The notes under the pieces: model-generated
Databases searched by the model: none
Told to the model about the DNA's origin: nothing
Seen by the model: the letters and a program-made list of their open reading frames with translations, nothing else
Program-made: the position numbers and the translations under genes
NCBI GenBank assembly: GCA_965203905.1
Contig: CBDBDQ010000005.1
Location: forward strand, 928,001 to 992,000
DNA length: 64,000 nt
From: Spirochaetia bacterium
Lineage (GTDB): Bacteria; Spirochaetota; Spirochaetia; SZUA-6; Bin103
Direction of reading: 5' to 3'
In this document: piece after piece, positions 28,639-40,826 of the stretch
How positions within the stretch are numbered: position 1 is the stretch's first letter
Layout: each line of letters starts with the position of its first letter

Positions 28639-30720
28639 TCAAGTGGATCGAATGTAGGAGACGAGGAGCATGTGGTACAGGGGCAGCTCGGGGATCTCGA
28701 CGGTGGCCTGGTCGTCTGTCTGGGTGCAGGGGAGCGGTTCGCCGCCGGGGGCCAGCCGGGCTTCCTGCACCTGCCGGCCGTCCATGTGGAGCGTGACTCG
28801 CAGGTGGTGGATGGGGAGCACCGGCAGCCGCTCCTGCAGGTTCACCAGGTGCACCACGAAGCGCTGCTCCTCTGGCTGGTCCCAGACCACCACCTCGACC
28901 TGCGCCGGGGCCTCGGCGGAGAAGCGGAACCGGCCCGGGTGCAGGGTGTCGATGAGGTGGCGGAATACGCCGGCGTGCACCCAGCGTTCCTCGCGCTCGA
29001 TCGGCGCGGAGACCCACAGCGCGCGGCCCCTGCCCACCTCGCGGTAGATCAGCGCGGGATGGCTCGTGGTCTTGCCGGGCGGGTTGGAGTGGATCGAGGC
29101 GAAGGCGCGCTCACCCGGCTTGGTTGAGGGGAGCGCCACGTGCGCCTTTACCGTTGCGGGGTCCTCCGCCGTCACCAGCACCTGTGGGCCGGGCACGGTG
29201 AGCGGGGCGCCGGCGGTCACCTCGGGCAGCCACGCTTCCTCTCCGACCAGCGGCGCGATGTAGGTGAACCGCTCCTCGGTCAGGCCCTGCACGGTCACGC
29301 CGAATAGCTCGGTGAAGTGGGACACCGAGGCGCCGCTGGCGTACAGGCTCCCACCCTCCTCCACGAAACGGGCGATGGCCGTCACCTCCTCTCCATCCAG
29401 CCGGTAGGCGTCGGCCAGCACCAGGGTGCCGAACTCGCCGAGTTGCCCCAGGGAAGCCTTGGTCACCACGCCGAACGGAACGTGGCGCTCGCGCAGCATG
29501 CGACTCGCCCCGACCGCCGCCTCCAGGTGCGGGTAACTGCCGCGGTCGGTGTAGTAGTCCGCCACCGGCGTGCCGTTGGCGGCCGGGTCCAGCTTCGAGT
29601 TCACCCCGAAGTACACGGCCACGTCCTCCACCGCCGTCCCGCCGAGGAATCGCTCGTACGCCATCGACTCACCGAACACCTCGCCCATCAGGCGGTAGAC
29701 GCGCGGGTCCTGGGTGCCGTCCAGGTTGATGGCGTCGATGAACAGCAGCGCCCCGCCGTGCGCCAGCGCGAGGAAGGTATTGAGCTGCAGGATCTGCTTC
29801 GGCTTGGTGTCGGTGTGGAAGGTGAGGCCGGGCTGGCAGCGCGAGGTCATGTACTCCCACGGCTGGTTCGGGGTCATGCGCCGCAGCAGCCGGGCGATGA
29901 AGGCGGCGTGGGTGAAGCTGCCGTAGAAGTCGCCGCCAAGGTAGTCGCACGCCGGCAGCATGCGGTCGGTGAAGCCGAACTCCCAGTTGATCGTGATCTG
30001 CGCGAAGTTGTGCTGCGTGCTGACGCCCGGCTTGAAGCCCCGGGCGGTATCCGAGACGAAGCTGCCCATCTCCGCCATCCACTGCTCGCGCTTGCCCTGG
30101 AAGGTGCACCAGTTCTCCTCGCTCCAGTCCACCACGAGGGGAATCTCGCGCCCGGCCTCGCGCCGGTAGCGCTCCTGGCAGTGTCCGCAGTAGCACACGT
30201 CGGGCCAGAAGTTCATGTCGAAGAACAAGCCCTCGAAGCGGTAGCCGGCGCACAGCTCGCGCAACTGCTCCACCACGAACTCGCGGTAGCCGGGGTTGTT
30301 GGGACAACAGATGCCATAGCGCGGCTTGAGCCAGCGGTGGAACCGCTCCCCTTCCCGCGACGGCTGGCCGCCGGAGTCGAGCAGGCGCCACTCGGGCTCC
30401 CGCTCGTAGGCGTAGTTGTTGAAGATCACGCTGTAGTAGGCGACCACGTCCATACCGGCCGCGTGGCAACCCGCGACGATCGCGCCGAACAGGTCGCGGC
30501 CGCCGATGCCGCGGTGCATGCGTCCGGAGCGAGTCGGCCAGTAGCAGTAGCCGACGTGGGAGTTGGCGTACACCATCGCCGCCTGCACCCGCGCCGTGCG
30601 CAGCAGCTCCACGTAGACGTCCGGGTCCAGGCGCGAGAGGAACCTCTCGTCCCAGTCCTCGATATGCATGTCCACCAGGTTGCGACGGTAGCTGGTAGCG
30701 TACCACGGGCGTTGTGCCAT
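28639..30720 (-). CDS. GHL6/GH151-like glycoside hydrolase (alpha-L-fucosidase-like) with beta-galactosidase trimerisation domain
   Basis: [30 protein letters not shown]. Confidence 0.7.
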   Translation of the reverse strand: MAQRPWYATSYRRNLVDMHIEDWDERFLSRLDPDVYVELLRTARVQAAMVYANSHVGYCYWPTRSGRMHRGIGGRDLFGAIVAGCHAAGMDVVAYYSVIFNNYAYEREPEWRLLDSGGQPSREGERFHRWLKPRYGICCPNNPGYREFVVEQLRELCAGYRFEGLFFDMNFWPDVCYCGHCQERYRREAGREIPLVVDWSEENWCTFQGKREQWMAEMGSFVSDTARGFKPGVSTQHNFAQITINWEFGFTDRMLPACDYLGGDFYGSFTHAAFIARLLRRMTPNQPWEYMTSRCQPGLTFHTDTKPKQILQLNTFLALAHGGALLFIDAINLDGTQDPRVYRLMGEVFGESMAYERFLGGTAVEDVAVYFGVNSKLDPAANGTPVADYYTDRGSYPHLEAAVGASRMLRERHVPFGVVTKASLGQLGEFGTLVLADAYRLDGEEVTAIARFVEEGGSLYASGASVSHFTELFGVTVQGLTEERFTYIAPLVGEEAWLPEVTAGAPLTVPGPQVLVTAEDPATVKAHVALPSTKPGERAFASIHSNPPGKTTSHPALIYREVGRGRALWVSAPIEREERWVHAGVFRHLIDTLHPGRFRFSAEAPAQVEVVVWDQPEEQRFVVHLVNLQERLPVLPIHHLRVTLHMDGRQVQEARLAPGGEPLPCTQTDDQATVEIPELPLYHMLLVSYIRST

Positions 30721-30736
30721 GGGCTCCTCCGGGCGA

Positions 30737-31870
30737 CTATTTGTACGGGTCGGCGGCGTCGCGCATGCCGTCGCCCAGGAAGTTGAACAGCAGCACCACC
30801 ACGATCACGAACAGGGCCGGGGTCAGCAGCCACGGGTTCACCACGATGGTGCGGATGTTCTGCGCGTCCTGCAGCAGCACACCCCAGCTCACCACCGGCG
30901 GGCGCAGCCCCAAGCCCAGGAAGCTGAGCGCCGTCTCGCCCAGGATCATGCCGGGGATGGCGAAGGTGAGATGCACGATCAGGTAGCTCATGAAGGCGGG
31001 CAGCAGGTGGCGCAGGATGATCGCCATGTCGCCGGCCCCGGCGATGCGCGCCGCCATGGCGTAGTCCTCCTCGCGCTGCACGATCAGCTTGCCGCGCACC
31101 GTGCGCGCCAGCCCGGTCCAGGCCAGGATGGAGAGGATCAGCAGGATCACGAAGTAGCGCTGCAGCGGTCCCCAGGTGGGCGGCAGCGCCGCCGCCAGCG
31201 CCGCCCACAGCGAGATGCCGGGTATCGACTGCAGGAACTCGATCAAGCGCTGGATGAACATGTCCACCGGCCCGCCGAAGTAGCCGGAGAGGCCGCCCAG
31301 CAGGCAGCCGATCACGAAGCTGATGGCGATGCCCACCAGTCCCACAGACAGCGAGATGCGCGACGCGGTGATCAGCCGCGACAGCAGGTCGCGCCCGAAG
31401 CGGTCGGCGCCCAGCAGGTACAGCACCTGCTCGCGGGTGCCGAACAGGTGCAGGTCCATGGGAACCAGGCCCCAGAACTTGTAAGGGTCGCCGCGCACGA
31501 AGAAGTAGATGTCGAAGCGCTGCGCGGTGTCGACGGTGTAGATCTCGCGCAGGGTCTCGGGGTCCAGGCTCTTGTCGAGGCCGTAGACGAACGGCCGTGG
31601 GCGGAAGCTTCCGTCCGCGTCGACGAAGCGGATCCGCTGCGGCGGCGCATAGACGTAGTCGTTGTTGCGGCGGGCGATGTCCTGCGGCGAGACAAACTCG
31701 CTGAAGGCCGCACCGAGGTAGAACAGGCCCAGCAGGTAGAGGCTCACCACGGCCAGTTTGTGGCGCCGGAACTTGCGCCACATCAGGCTCCACTGCGAGG
31801 CGCTGGAGAGGGCGTCGCGGTCGGCCTCGGCTGCGGCGGTGCGCGCGGCGCGGCGCGGTAGGGTGCTCAT
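30737..31870 (-). CDS. Dpp/Opp-type ABC permease (DppC-like)
   Basis: LGADRFGRD, ETALSFLGLG, GDGMRDAADPY. Confidence 0.92.
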   Translation of the reverse strand: MSTLPRRAARTAAAEADRDALSSASQWSLMWRKFRRHKLAVVSLYLLGLFYLGAAFSEFVSPQDIARRNNDYVYAPPQRIRFVDADGSFRPRPFVYGLDKSLDPETLREIYTVDTAQRFDIYFFVRGDPYKFWGLVPMDLHLFGTREQVLYLLGADRFGRDLLSRLITASRISLSVGLVGIAISFVIGCLLGGLSGYFGGPVDMFIQRLIEFLQSIPGISLWAALAAALPPTWGPLQRYFVILLILSILAWTGLARTVRGKLIVQREEDYAMAARIAGAGDMAIILRHLLPAFMSYLIVHLTFAIPGMILGETALSFLGLGLRPPVVSWGVLLQDAQNIRTIVVNPWLLTPALFVIVVVLLFNFLGDGMRDAADPYK

Positions 31871-32865
31871 CAGGCGCGCTCGTCGAAGCGGATTCTGGGG
31901 TCGACCACCACCAGCAGCATGTCGGAGAGGAACACCCCGACCACGGTCAGCGCCGAGATGATCATCACCACGCTGCCGGCCAGGTAGGTGTCCTGGGTGC
32001 GCAGGGCGCCGAACAGCAGCGGCCCCATGGTGGGCAGGCCAAGCACCGCGGAGACGATCAGCTCACCGCCGAACAGCGCCGGCAGGAAGCCGCCCACGCC
32101 GCTGACGATCGGGTTGAGGGCGATCCGCACCGGGTACTTGTAGAGCAGGGTGCGTTCGTCCAGCCCCTTGGAGCGCGCCGTGATCACGTACTGCCGCTGC
32201 AGCTCGTCGAGCAGCGTGGCGCGCATGGTGCGGATCAGCCCCGCGGTGCCCGACATCGCCAGCACCAGGACCGGCACCGGCAGGTGCTTCAGCAGGTCCA
32301 CGAACTTGGCGAAGCTCCAGGGCGCGTCGATGTACTCGCGCGAGAACAGCCCGATCACCCCCCACCCCAGGTACTTGGTGGCCAGGTAGAGCAGCACCAG
32401 CGCGATCAGGAAGTTGGGCAAAGCCACCCCGACGAAGCCGAAGAAGGTGGCCACGTAGTCGCCGGTGGAGTACTGGTGGGTGGCCGAGTAGATGCCCACC
32501 GGCATCGCCGCCAGGTAGACCAGCACGGTGGTGGCGAAGGAGAGCACCAGGGTCAGCGGCAGGCGCTGCCCGATCAGCGTGGTGACCGGGAGGTTCCACT
32601 CGAACGACTGCCCCAGGTCGCCGCGGAACACCAGGTCGGACAGCCACTTGAGGTAGCGCACCGGCAACGGCAGGTCGAGACCGTACTGCTTGCGCAGCAA
32701 GGCCACCGCGGCGTGGTTGATCTCGCCGCCGCGCTGCAGCATCGCCGCCATCACCGTGGACAAGTAGTCCCCCGGCGGCAACTGGATGATGATGAACGAG
32801 GCCAGGGAGATGAGCAGCAGCAGCAGCACCATGTAGATGAAGCGCCGCACCACGTAGTGCGCCAC
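31870..32865 (-). CDS. Dpp/Opp-type ABC permease (DppB-like)
   Basis: RGDLGQS, YVITARSKGL, DPRIR. Confidence 0.92.
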   Translation of the reverse strand: MAHYVVRRFIYMVLLLLLISLASFIIIQLPPGDYLSTVMAAMLQRGGEINHAAVALLRKQYGLDLPLPVRYLKWLSDLVFRGDLGQSFEWNLPVTTLIGQRLPLTLVLSFATTVLVYLAAMPVGIYSATHQYSTGDYVATFFGFVGVALPNFLIALVLLYLATKYLGWGVIGLFSREYIDAPWSFAKFVDLLKHLPVPVLVLAMSGTAGLIRTMRATLLDELQRQYVITARSKGLDERTLLYKYPVRIALNPIVSGVGGFLPALFGGELIVSAVLGLPTMGPLLFGALRTQDTYLAGSVVMIISALTVVGVFLSDMLLVVVDPRIRFDERA

Positions 32866-32898
32866 CGCTCAGCTCCCCCGGGCGTCGGATCGGAAGCT

Positions 32899-34860
32899 CT
32901 AACTCTTCCAGTAGAAGGTGTAGAGCCGCTCCGCCCGCATGCCGCCGATACGCGTCACCGGCAGCGAGGTGTCGACGTTGCCGAGGTCGGTCTTCCAGAT
33001 GATCGGCTTGCCGACGTAGCCCAGCACGCCGATCACCGGCACCGTATCCGCGACCCAGTCGTAGGCCTCCTTGAAGCCTTCGATCACCGTCTCCACCGGC
33101 ACCGTCTGGCGCGTGTTGTTGATCTCGAAGATGCGCTTGATCTGGTCCGGCGGCTCGATGCCGCCCTCGCCGCCGGTGGAGTTCCAGCGCCACCAGTCGT
33201 TGAAGGTGGCCCACGAGTTCCACCCCTCCAGGCCGCTGATCAGCATCTCCAGGGTGCTGGCGGGTCCGCCCACCTCCTGGCCGAACGCCAGCCATTCCTT
33301 GGAGATCAGCTTCTGCACCAGGGCGCCCAGCTCGCCGATGTTGAGGTTGACGCGGATGCCGACCGCCTCCCAGTACTCGGCGAGCAGCTCGGAGGACTTC
33401 ACCGTCATGGTGGAATTGTCGGCCACGTCGAAAGTGAACAGGAACGACTTGCCGCTGGGGGTCATGCGGTAGCCGTCGCCGTCGCGCGCGGTCATGCCCG
33501 TCGCGTCGAGCAGCGCGTCGGCCTGGGCCGGATCGTAGGCCGCGTAGGCGTTGCCCCACGCCTCGTCGTAGTAGGGCAGGTCGTGGTTGGCGGTCCACTG
33601 CATCGGGATGCCCAGCCCCTTGGCGATCAGCTCGTTCACCTCTTCGCGGTTGATCGCCACCGAGAGCGCCTGCCGGAACCGCTTGTCGGCCAGGATCGCC
33701 GCGATCTCGTCGTCGCCGTGGTAGTTCCAGTTGATGCGCAGGGCCACGTCGGCGGCGGTGCCGCCGGTCATGATGCGCGACTGGTAGCCGCCGGCATCCT
33801 CGTTGTCGCGGATCACCGGGTAGTCGTCCAGCGACAGCGCGTAGGAGGCGATGTCGAACTCGCCGTTGATGGTGCGCAGCAGGTTGGACTGGCCGTCGCC
33901 GATGTACACGCCAATGAACTTGTCGATGTAGGGGAGCTGGTTGCCGGCGGTGTCCACCTTGAAGTAGTAGGCGTTGCGGTCGAACACCGCCCCGCTCGGG
34001 CTCGACTCCTGGATCACCCACGGACCGACCGCGGGCACGCCCACCTTGCGCGGGCTCAGGATGCCGATGATGCGCCGCGAGTTGAAGTGCTGGTACCAGT
34101 GATCGAAGCCCGCTTCCTTGGCCAGGTCGCCGGCCTCGTCGTTGTAGTCGGCGTGCCACTCCTGGTAGACGTGCTTGGGCAGGAACGCGGTGCCGCCGAT
34201 GCCGTAGTTGGCGAAGCCGGACATCATGTACGGCGCCATGAAGTAGGGAGCGTCGTAGGTGAACTGCACCGTGTACTCGTCCAACGCTTCGATGGTCTCG
34301 GGGATCTTCATGCGCAGGAACTCCGGCAGCACGCCGCCGTCGAAGGTGCCCAGGATCTCCTGGTTCTTGTTGACGTCGTTCCAGAAGAAGGTGACGTCCT
34401 CGGCCACCAGCGGCTCGCCGTCTGACCAGCGCACGCCCTCTCGCAGGCGCAGGGTGAGGCTCATGCCGTCCTCGGCCATGTCCCAACTTGCCGCCAGGTT
34501 GGGCAGCAGCGTGTCACCGGTGGCGTAGTCGTAGCCGATCAGCGGCTCGCTGACGCCCTCCACGCCCGGTTCCCAGCCGCGCGGGTTGCTGATCTGCAAC
34601 GCCAGCGATCCGCCGTAGGTGCCGATCGCCTCGATCGGTTCCACCACCACCGGTTCCAGCGGCAGCCGTTCCTCCACCGCTGGCAGCGTGCCCGCTGCCA
34701 CCAGCGCGGCCAGCATGGGTGCTTCCGAGTATTTGCCCATCGCCGCCGGAGCGGCGCCGGCATCGGAGGCCGCGTCCTCCTGGCCGGTAGCCGAAGCGAA
34801 CACGGCGGCCGCCAGGGCCAGCGCCGCACCGAGGGTCAATATCTTCAACGACATAGTCAT
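32899..34860 (-). CDS. Family 5 substrate-binding protein (likely oligosaccharide)
   Basis: EAPMLAAL..LPAVEERLP, LREGVRWSDG, VDTAGNQLPYID. Confidence 0.9.
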   Translation of the reverse strand: MTMSLKILTLGAALALAAAVFASATGQEDAASDAGAAPAAMGKYSEAPMLAALVAAGTLPAVEERLPLEPVVVEPIEAIGTYGGSLALQISNPRGWEPGVEGVSEPLIGYDYATGDTLLPNLAASWDMAEDGMSLTLRLREGVRWSDGEPLVAEDVTFFWNDVNKNQEILGTFDGGVLPEFLRMKIPETIEALDEYTVQFTYDAPYFMAPYMMSGFANYGIGGTAFLPKHVYQEWHADYNDEAGDLAKEAGFDHWYQHFNSRRIIGILSPRKVGVPAVGPWVIQESSPSGAVFDRNAYYFKVDTAGNQLPYIDKFIGVYIGDGQSNLLRTINGEFDIASYALSLDDYPVIRDNEDAGGYQSRIMTGGTAADVALRINWNYHGDDEIAAILADKRFRQALSVAINREEVNELIAKGLGIPMQWTANHDLPYYDEAWGNAYAAYDPAQADALLDATGMTARDGDGYRMTPSGKSFLFTFDVADNSTMTVKSSELLAEYWEAVGIRVNLNIGELGALVQKLISKEWLAFGQEVGGPASTLEMLISGLEGWNSWATFNDWWRWNSTGGEGGIEPPDQIKRIFEINNTRQTVPVETVIEGFKEAYDWVADTVPVIGVLGYVGKPIIWKTDLGNVDTSLPVTRIGGMRAERLYTFYWKS

Positions 34861-34912
34861 CCGACCCTATAACCGAACCCACCCCCTGTCAAATTCCGCC
34901 TTGCTGCCGTCC

Positions 34913-36262
34913 CTATTCCCCGGAGTCGGTCGCAGGGCTGTCCCAGGATCCGAGCTGCCGCGCGCGCCGGCTCAGGTTGTTGGGAAGCACCCCGAGCGCC
35001 GCTGCCGTGCGCTTCACCGAGCGTCCGTGGAGTTCGAACTGGCGCTGCAGGTAGCGGCGTTCGAGTTGCCGTTTCGCCTCCGCCAGCGGCAACGTACACG
35101 TGAACGGGTCGTCGCTGTCGTTTACGCCGCCGGCGGCCGCCCGGTCGATGTGTGCCGCCTCGATCACCGGCGCGTCCTCCAGCACCAGCACGCGCTCCAC
35201 GATCGTCTTCAGCTCGCGCACGTTGCCGGGCAGGGGCAGCGCCTGCAGGCGGCCTGCCGCGGCCGGGCTCAGCGCGCGCGGCTGCACCCCCAGGCGCGCC
35301 GCCAGCGAGGTCACGAAGCTTGCGGCCAGGGGCACGATGTCCTCGCGCCGCGAGCGCAGCGGGGGAACCCGCAGGCGGATCACGTTCAGGCGGAAGTACA
35401 GATCGCGGCGCAGCGTGCCGGCGCCGACCGCCCGCTCCAGGTCCACGTTGGTGGCGGCGATGATACGCGCGTCGACCGTGGCCACCGCGCTCGCGCCCAC
35501 GCGCTGCACCTCGCCGGAGTCGAGGAACCGCAGCAGGCGCGTCTGCGCCGCCGGCGGCAGCTCCGCCACCTCGTCCAGGAACAGGGTGCCGCCGGCGGCG
35601 GCCTGGAGCTTGCCCGCGTAGTCCGCATCGGCCCCCGTGAAGGCGCCCCTGGCGTGCCCGAACAGCTCGCTCTCGATCAGGCTCTCCGGCAGGGCACCGC
35701 AATCCACCTTCACCAATGGCAGCGCGCTGCGGCGCGACAGTCCGTGGATGTAGCGGGCCGTGACCTCCTTGCCGGTGCCGCTCTCGCCGGTGATCAGCAC
35801 CGCGGAATCGGTCGCCGCCACCTTGCGCGCATCCTCGGCCAACGCGCGCATGCTGTGCGACGCGAACACCGGCACGCAGTCGGCCAGGGCGGCCAGACGC
35901 ACGCGCCGGAAGCGGGCGGCGTTGCCGACCGTGATCGCCAGCCGCTCGGCGGTCAACGGTTTCTCGAGGTAGTCGAACGCGCCGCTTCGCACGCAGTCGA
36001 CCGCCTCCTCCGCCGACGCCACTCCCGACATGATCACCACCGGTACCAGGGGATGCTCGGCCAGCAGGCGCTGCAGGATGTCCTGCCCCTTGACGGTGCC
36101 CAGGTACAGGTCCAGCAGCACCACGTCCACGTCCGCGGACAGGGCGCCGGCCCAGCCGGGCAGCGCCGCGACGCGCGCCGTCATGCCGCGCCGCGCCAGC
36201 ACCATGGAGACACTGCGGCCGACGTTGGCGTCGTCGTCGACGATCAGCACGGTGGTGGTCAT
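34913..36262 (-). CDS. Sigma54-dependent response regulator (NtrC/NtrX-like)
   Basis: REC domain, GESGTGKE, GAFTGA, FLDEV, PGNVREL, HTH. Confidence 0.93.
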   Translation of the reverse strand: MTTTVLIVDDDANVGRSVSMVLARRGMTARVAALPGWAGALSADVDVVLLDLYLGTVKGQDILQRLLAEHPLVPVVIMSGVASAEEAVDCVRSGAFDYLEKPLTAERLAITVGNAARFRRVRLAALADCVPVFASHSMRALAEDARKVAATDSAVLITGESGTGKEVTARYIHGLSRRSALPLVKVDCGALPESLIESELFGHARGAFTGADADYAGKLQAAAGGTLFLDEVAELPPAAQTRLLRFLDSGEVQRVGASAVATVDARIIAATNVDLERAVGAGTLRRDLYFRLNVIRLRVPPLRSRREDIVPLAASFVTSLAARLGVQPRALSPAAAGRLQALPLPGNVRELKTIVERVLVLEDAPVIEAAHIDRAAAGGVNDSDDPFTCTLPLAEAKRQLERRYLQRQFELHGRSVKRTAAALGVLPNNLSRRARQLGSWDSPATDSGE

Positions 36263-37401
36263 GGCACTCCGCCTTCGGGGAATGCCAGGGTCACGGCCGT
36301 GCCCTGTTCCGGCTGCGAGTGCAGCGTCACGCGCAGGTCGTGGGCGGCGGCGACCTTGCGCACGAAGCTCAGGCCGACGCCCATGCCGTTCACCTTGGTG
36401 GTGTAGTAGTCGTCGAAGGCACGGCGCTGCTGCTCCGGGGTCATCCCCGCGCCCTCGTCGTGCACCGTGACCGCCGCCGGGTGGTCGTTCACCGCGACGC
36501 TGACGGAGCCGCGGCCGGCAGCGGCGTCGACGGCATTCTGAATCAGGTTGGCCAGCGCCTGCTCCAACAGGGTGCGGTCGGCGCGCACCAGCACCGGGCC
36601 ACCGGACGCCTCCACCCGGACCGCCGGATAGCTGGCCGCAAGCCGCCGTACCAGGAGCGCCAGGTCGAGGTCGGCAGGAACCGGCTCCGGGAACCGGTAG
36701 AGAGTGGCGAAGCGGTCCAGAACCGCCTCCATCCTGGCCGCTTCCTCGTGCAGCATGGCGCCGATCGAGCGCGCGACGCGCGCCGGCGGCGCCTGTGCCA
36801 GCTCATCGGCGCCGAGCCGGATGGTGGTCAGCGAGTTGCGGAACTGGTGCGCCAGAAAGCGGCCGATGTTGGCCCGCTCCAACTGCGTGATCCGCTCCCG
36901 ATGGCCGCGCAACGCGGTGACCAGGCGGTTGAAGGTACACTGCAGCGCGCGAATCTCGCGCGGGCCGCGCGCCGGCAGGTCGATGGGTGACGGGTCTTCG
37001 GTGAGCCGCTGCAGGTGTTGGGCCAGGCTCGTCAGCGGCGTGATGACCCAGCGGAACGAACCGAACCACAGCACCGCTCCCGCCAGCAGCGCCAGCAGCG
37101 CCGCGACCACCACGCTCACCGCCACGGCGCGGCTTACCGCCGCCTGCACCACCTCGGCGCCGGCGAGCAGGCCGCCCGCCGCATCGAGCTGCCGCGAGGC
37201 ATCCTCCAGCAGCGTCCGGGCATCCGCCGCCTCGGCGGCATACGCCTTGCGCACGGCGTCGTGCGCCGCCTGCAGATACCCGGCGGCGCGTACGGCGTCG
37301 GTGGGATCCGACAGGCGCTGTATCGAGCCGACCGCCGCCAGCGTCACCGCGGCGACCGCAACGAGGGTCGCCCCGATCAGTCCGAACGCGTATCCTCTCA
37401 T
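36259..37401 (-). CDS. HAMP sensor histidine kinase
   Basis: Two TM segments, AHQFRNSL H-box, NLIQNA, DEGAG, GMGVGL. Confidence 0.9.
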   Translation of the reverse strand: MRGYAFGLIGATLVAVAAVTLAAVGSIQRLSDPTDAVRAAGYLQAAHDAVRKAYAAEAADARTLLEDASRQLDAAGGLLAGAEVVQAAVSRAVAVSVVVAALLALLAGAVLWFGSFRWVITPLTSLAQHLQRLTEDPSPIDLPARGPREIRALQCTFNRLVTALRGHRERITQLERANIGRFLAHQFRNSLTTIRLGADELAQAPPARVARSIGAMLHEEAARMEAVLDRFATLYRFPEPVPADLDLALLVRRLAASYPAVRVEASGGPVLVRADRTLLEQALANLIQNAVDAAAGRGSVSVAVNDHPAAVTVHDEGAGMTPEQQRRAFDDYYTTKVNGMGVGLSFVRKVAAAHDLRVTLHSQPEQGTAVTLAFPEGGVP

Positions 37402-37419
37402 GGCTCCCTGTGTCTCGAT

Positions 37420-37962
37420 TCAATCGTCTTCCGTGTCACGGAGTGGCCGTGCCCCCTCCTCGGGGATCAGCACCGACGTGCTCGGCACCACCCCGGACCA
37501 CAGTGTACCGGGAGCGTCACCGTCGCGAACGTCGGGCAGCGAGGCGCGCGCCTTGATGACCGCCAGACCGGAGCCGACCGGCCCCAGCGTCACGGTTGCC
37601 GAGCCAAGCAGCTCCGCCGCCGTCTCCAGGGATCGGGCCCACTCCACCCGGCCGCCGCGCTGCACCTCGTAGCGCCCGCTGAGGCTGTGGTACCGGATCA
37701 GGTTGCGGCTCACCATCCGCAGCTTCCTGCCGGAGCGCGGGAAGTAGCGGAACTCGAAGTCGATCGCCACCAGCGCAGAGCGCTGGATCAGGTCGCGCAC
37801 CTCATCGGTAAGGAAGTCGTGCAGCTGCACGCTGATGGTGATGCCGCCGGCGGCGTCGATCCGCACCTGCGGCGACTCCAGTCCGACCTCGACCACGCCC
37901 ATCAGGCCCAGCGACACCGCGGCGGAACGCAGCAGGCCGTCGAGCACGGATCCCAGGTCCAC
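37420..37962 (-). CDS. DUF4390-like exported protein
   Basis: IRYHSLSGRYEV pattern; position directly upstream of HK-RR. Confidence 0.5.
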   Translation of the reverse strand: MDLGSVLDGLLRSAAVSLGLMGVVEVGLESPQVRIDAAGGITISVQLHDFLTDEVRDLIQRSALVAIDFEFRYFPRSGRKLRMVSRNLIRYHSLSGRYEVQRGGRVEWARSLETAAELLGSATVTLGPVGSGLAVIKARASLPDVRDGDAPGTLWSGVVPSTSVLIPEEGARPLRDTEDD

Positions 37963-38064
37963 CCCTCAACTCCGCGTGCGGGCGCGCACGCCACCTCGTA
38001 CCAGCCCGTGGCGAAACTCCGGCTGAATTCGAGCGGCGATCCAGCCCGGTTCCACCACCGGCCG

Positions 38065-38834
38065 CTATTCCCAGCGGAACAACGCGGCCGACAGCGCCGT
38101 GCCCACCACCAGCATACCCAGCAGGATCGACCCGGCGCCCCAGTCCCATCCGACGCCGAACCACAGGTCCTGCAGCAGTCGAACCACCTGGGTGAGCGGC
38201 AGCCACCCGGCAATCTCGCGCACGTTCTCCGGCATGGTCTCCAGCGGCATGGCCGCCCCGGAGAGAAACATCAGGGGGAAATAGATCGCCATCCCGACCG
38301 CCAGCGCCACGCGATCGCTCCGTACGACGCTGGCAATGACATAGCCGACCGCAACGAACGCCAGTGTGCTCAAGGCGAAGCCGCCGAGCATCGCGAGCCA
38401 GCTACCACCGAAGCGCAGCCCGAAGACCAGCTTCGCGACGAGAATCAGCAGCACCATTCCCACCACGGCAGTGCCGAAGTGGACGCTCACGTCCGCGGCG
38501 AAGTAGACGATCGGACGCAGGGACGTGACCTGGTACCGGCGCAGCAGCTTCTGTTTTCGGTCCGTCGCCGTAACGTTCGGGATCGTGATCAGCGCAACGG
38601 TGCCGATCACGATCGCGGCCAGGGCGGGCACCGTGGCATCGATGTAGCCGAACCCGGGCGGGGAGAACGGGCTGCCCGGTTCGTTGCCCCAGATGAAGCC
38701 GAACAGGAGCAGCAGCAATACAGGAAACGCGACAGTAAAGAACACCGCGATCGGCTCGCGCAGAAACCGTTTGAACTGGACCGACGCCAGTCGCGCGTAG
38801 GAGTGTAGGGCAGTCGCCGGACCCGTTGCCGCCA

Positions 38835-38835
<1 letters not shown>
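38065..38835 (-). CDS. ABC-2 exporter permease
   Basis: REPIAVFFT, FLSGAAMP; six TM segments. Confidence 0.88.
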
Positions 38836-39749
<914 letters not shown>

Positions 39750-39756
39750 CGGTCGC

Positions 39757-40617
39757 TCAATAGTGGAACTGCGGGCCGATCCAGACCCAGAAGTTGTGCC
39801 CCTGCACGTCCGCCGGCGGCTCGGGGATACGCTTGTGCACGCCGGTCTCCGGCCGCCATTCCTCCAGTGCGTGGTGGCCGTTTACCCCTGCCTCGATGCC
39901 CAGCTTGAACACGTTGCGGCCGCCGTCGAGGCCGATCTGCAGGCCGGCGTAGGCGCCGCCGAGCAGGCTGGTGCGGGTCCACGAGTTGGCGCCCGCGGTT
40001 ATGCCGAGCGTGTCGGTGAGCACCTGGCGCCGGTTCATGCCGTAGCGCAGCGACTCGAAACCGAGCCCGGCCTTGATCCCGGTCTGCAGGTAGAGGCTCG
40101 GCGCGAGCGTCCACTTGTACTGCGCGATGCCGGCGAAGTAATGCTGTCCGTACCCGGCGTAGCTGTGGTAGTCGTCGTACCCGTCGCCGTCTTCGTCGAC
40201 CGTGTCCCGCGGTCCCAGCGGATCGACCGCGTGGCGGGCGAAGCCGAGCACGTCCTGGCCGAAGCCGGCGTACTCCGCGCCGAACTGCAGGTTGCCGTCC
40301 ACGCTCCAGCGCCAGGTGCCTCCGCCGCCGTCCTTGAGCGGGATGAAGAATTCGCTCATCGCCTCGTAGGAGCCGAGCCGCTCGAAGTAGGCGTTGAGGT
40401 CGGCCACGCCGGGCATGTAGCGCAGTGGCCAGAACGGACCGCCGCCGAACCCCGAGTCAGGCGCTCTGCGCGATGCAACCGGGGCCTCGCGGTCCAGCTT
40501 CTCGTTGATCTGTTCCAGCACTGCCAGGATGTCGACGGTCGAAACCTCGTCTTCGTCGGCGGCGGCAGCCATGACCAGCGCGGTGCCGACTGCCGCCGCG
40601 AGTAGTACTCTGTGCAC
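39757..40617 (-). CDS. Hypothetical exported, probable outer-membrane beta-barrel protein
   Basis: GGAGG RBS, signal peptide, Gly/aromatic strands, C-terminal WIGPQFHY. Confidence 0.6.
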   Translation of the reverse strand: MHRVLLAAAVGTALVMAAAADEDEVSTVDILAVLEQINEKLDREAPVASRRAPDSGFGGGPFWPLRYMPGVADLNAYFERLGSYEAMSEFFIPLKDGGGGTWRWSVDGNLQFGAEYAGFGQDVLGFARHAVDPLGPRDTVDEDGDGYDDYHSYAGYGQHYFAGIAQYKWTLAPSLYLQTGIKAGLGFESLRYGMNRRQVLTDTLGITAGANSWTRTSLLGGAYAGLQIGLDGGRNVFKLGIEAGVNGHHALEEWRPETGVHKRIPEPPADVQGHNFWVWIGPQFHY

Positions 40618-40637
40618 CGTGAACCTCCGTTCACCAT

Positions 40638-40654
40638 ATGCAAGACCCGTGCCA
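40638..40654 (-). promoter_or_regulatory. Sigma54 -24/-12 promoter
   Basis: TGGCACGGGTCTTGCAT matches TGGCAC-N5-TTGCA consensus. Confidence 0.85.
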
Positions 40655-40826
40655 CATGAGCGCTACGGCGAGCGCGGGCGCCGCACGGCGCTTTGCCCCG
40701 GTGTGCGTACGGCGGCGGCTATCATCAACGATTCGGCGCCTATCTTCAGCGATACTCGATCCGCGGAGCAACCTTCGTGACGGATCGGGGTCCGCGGAAT
40801 GCCGTGAACACCTGCCGCGCCGGGGA

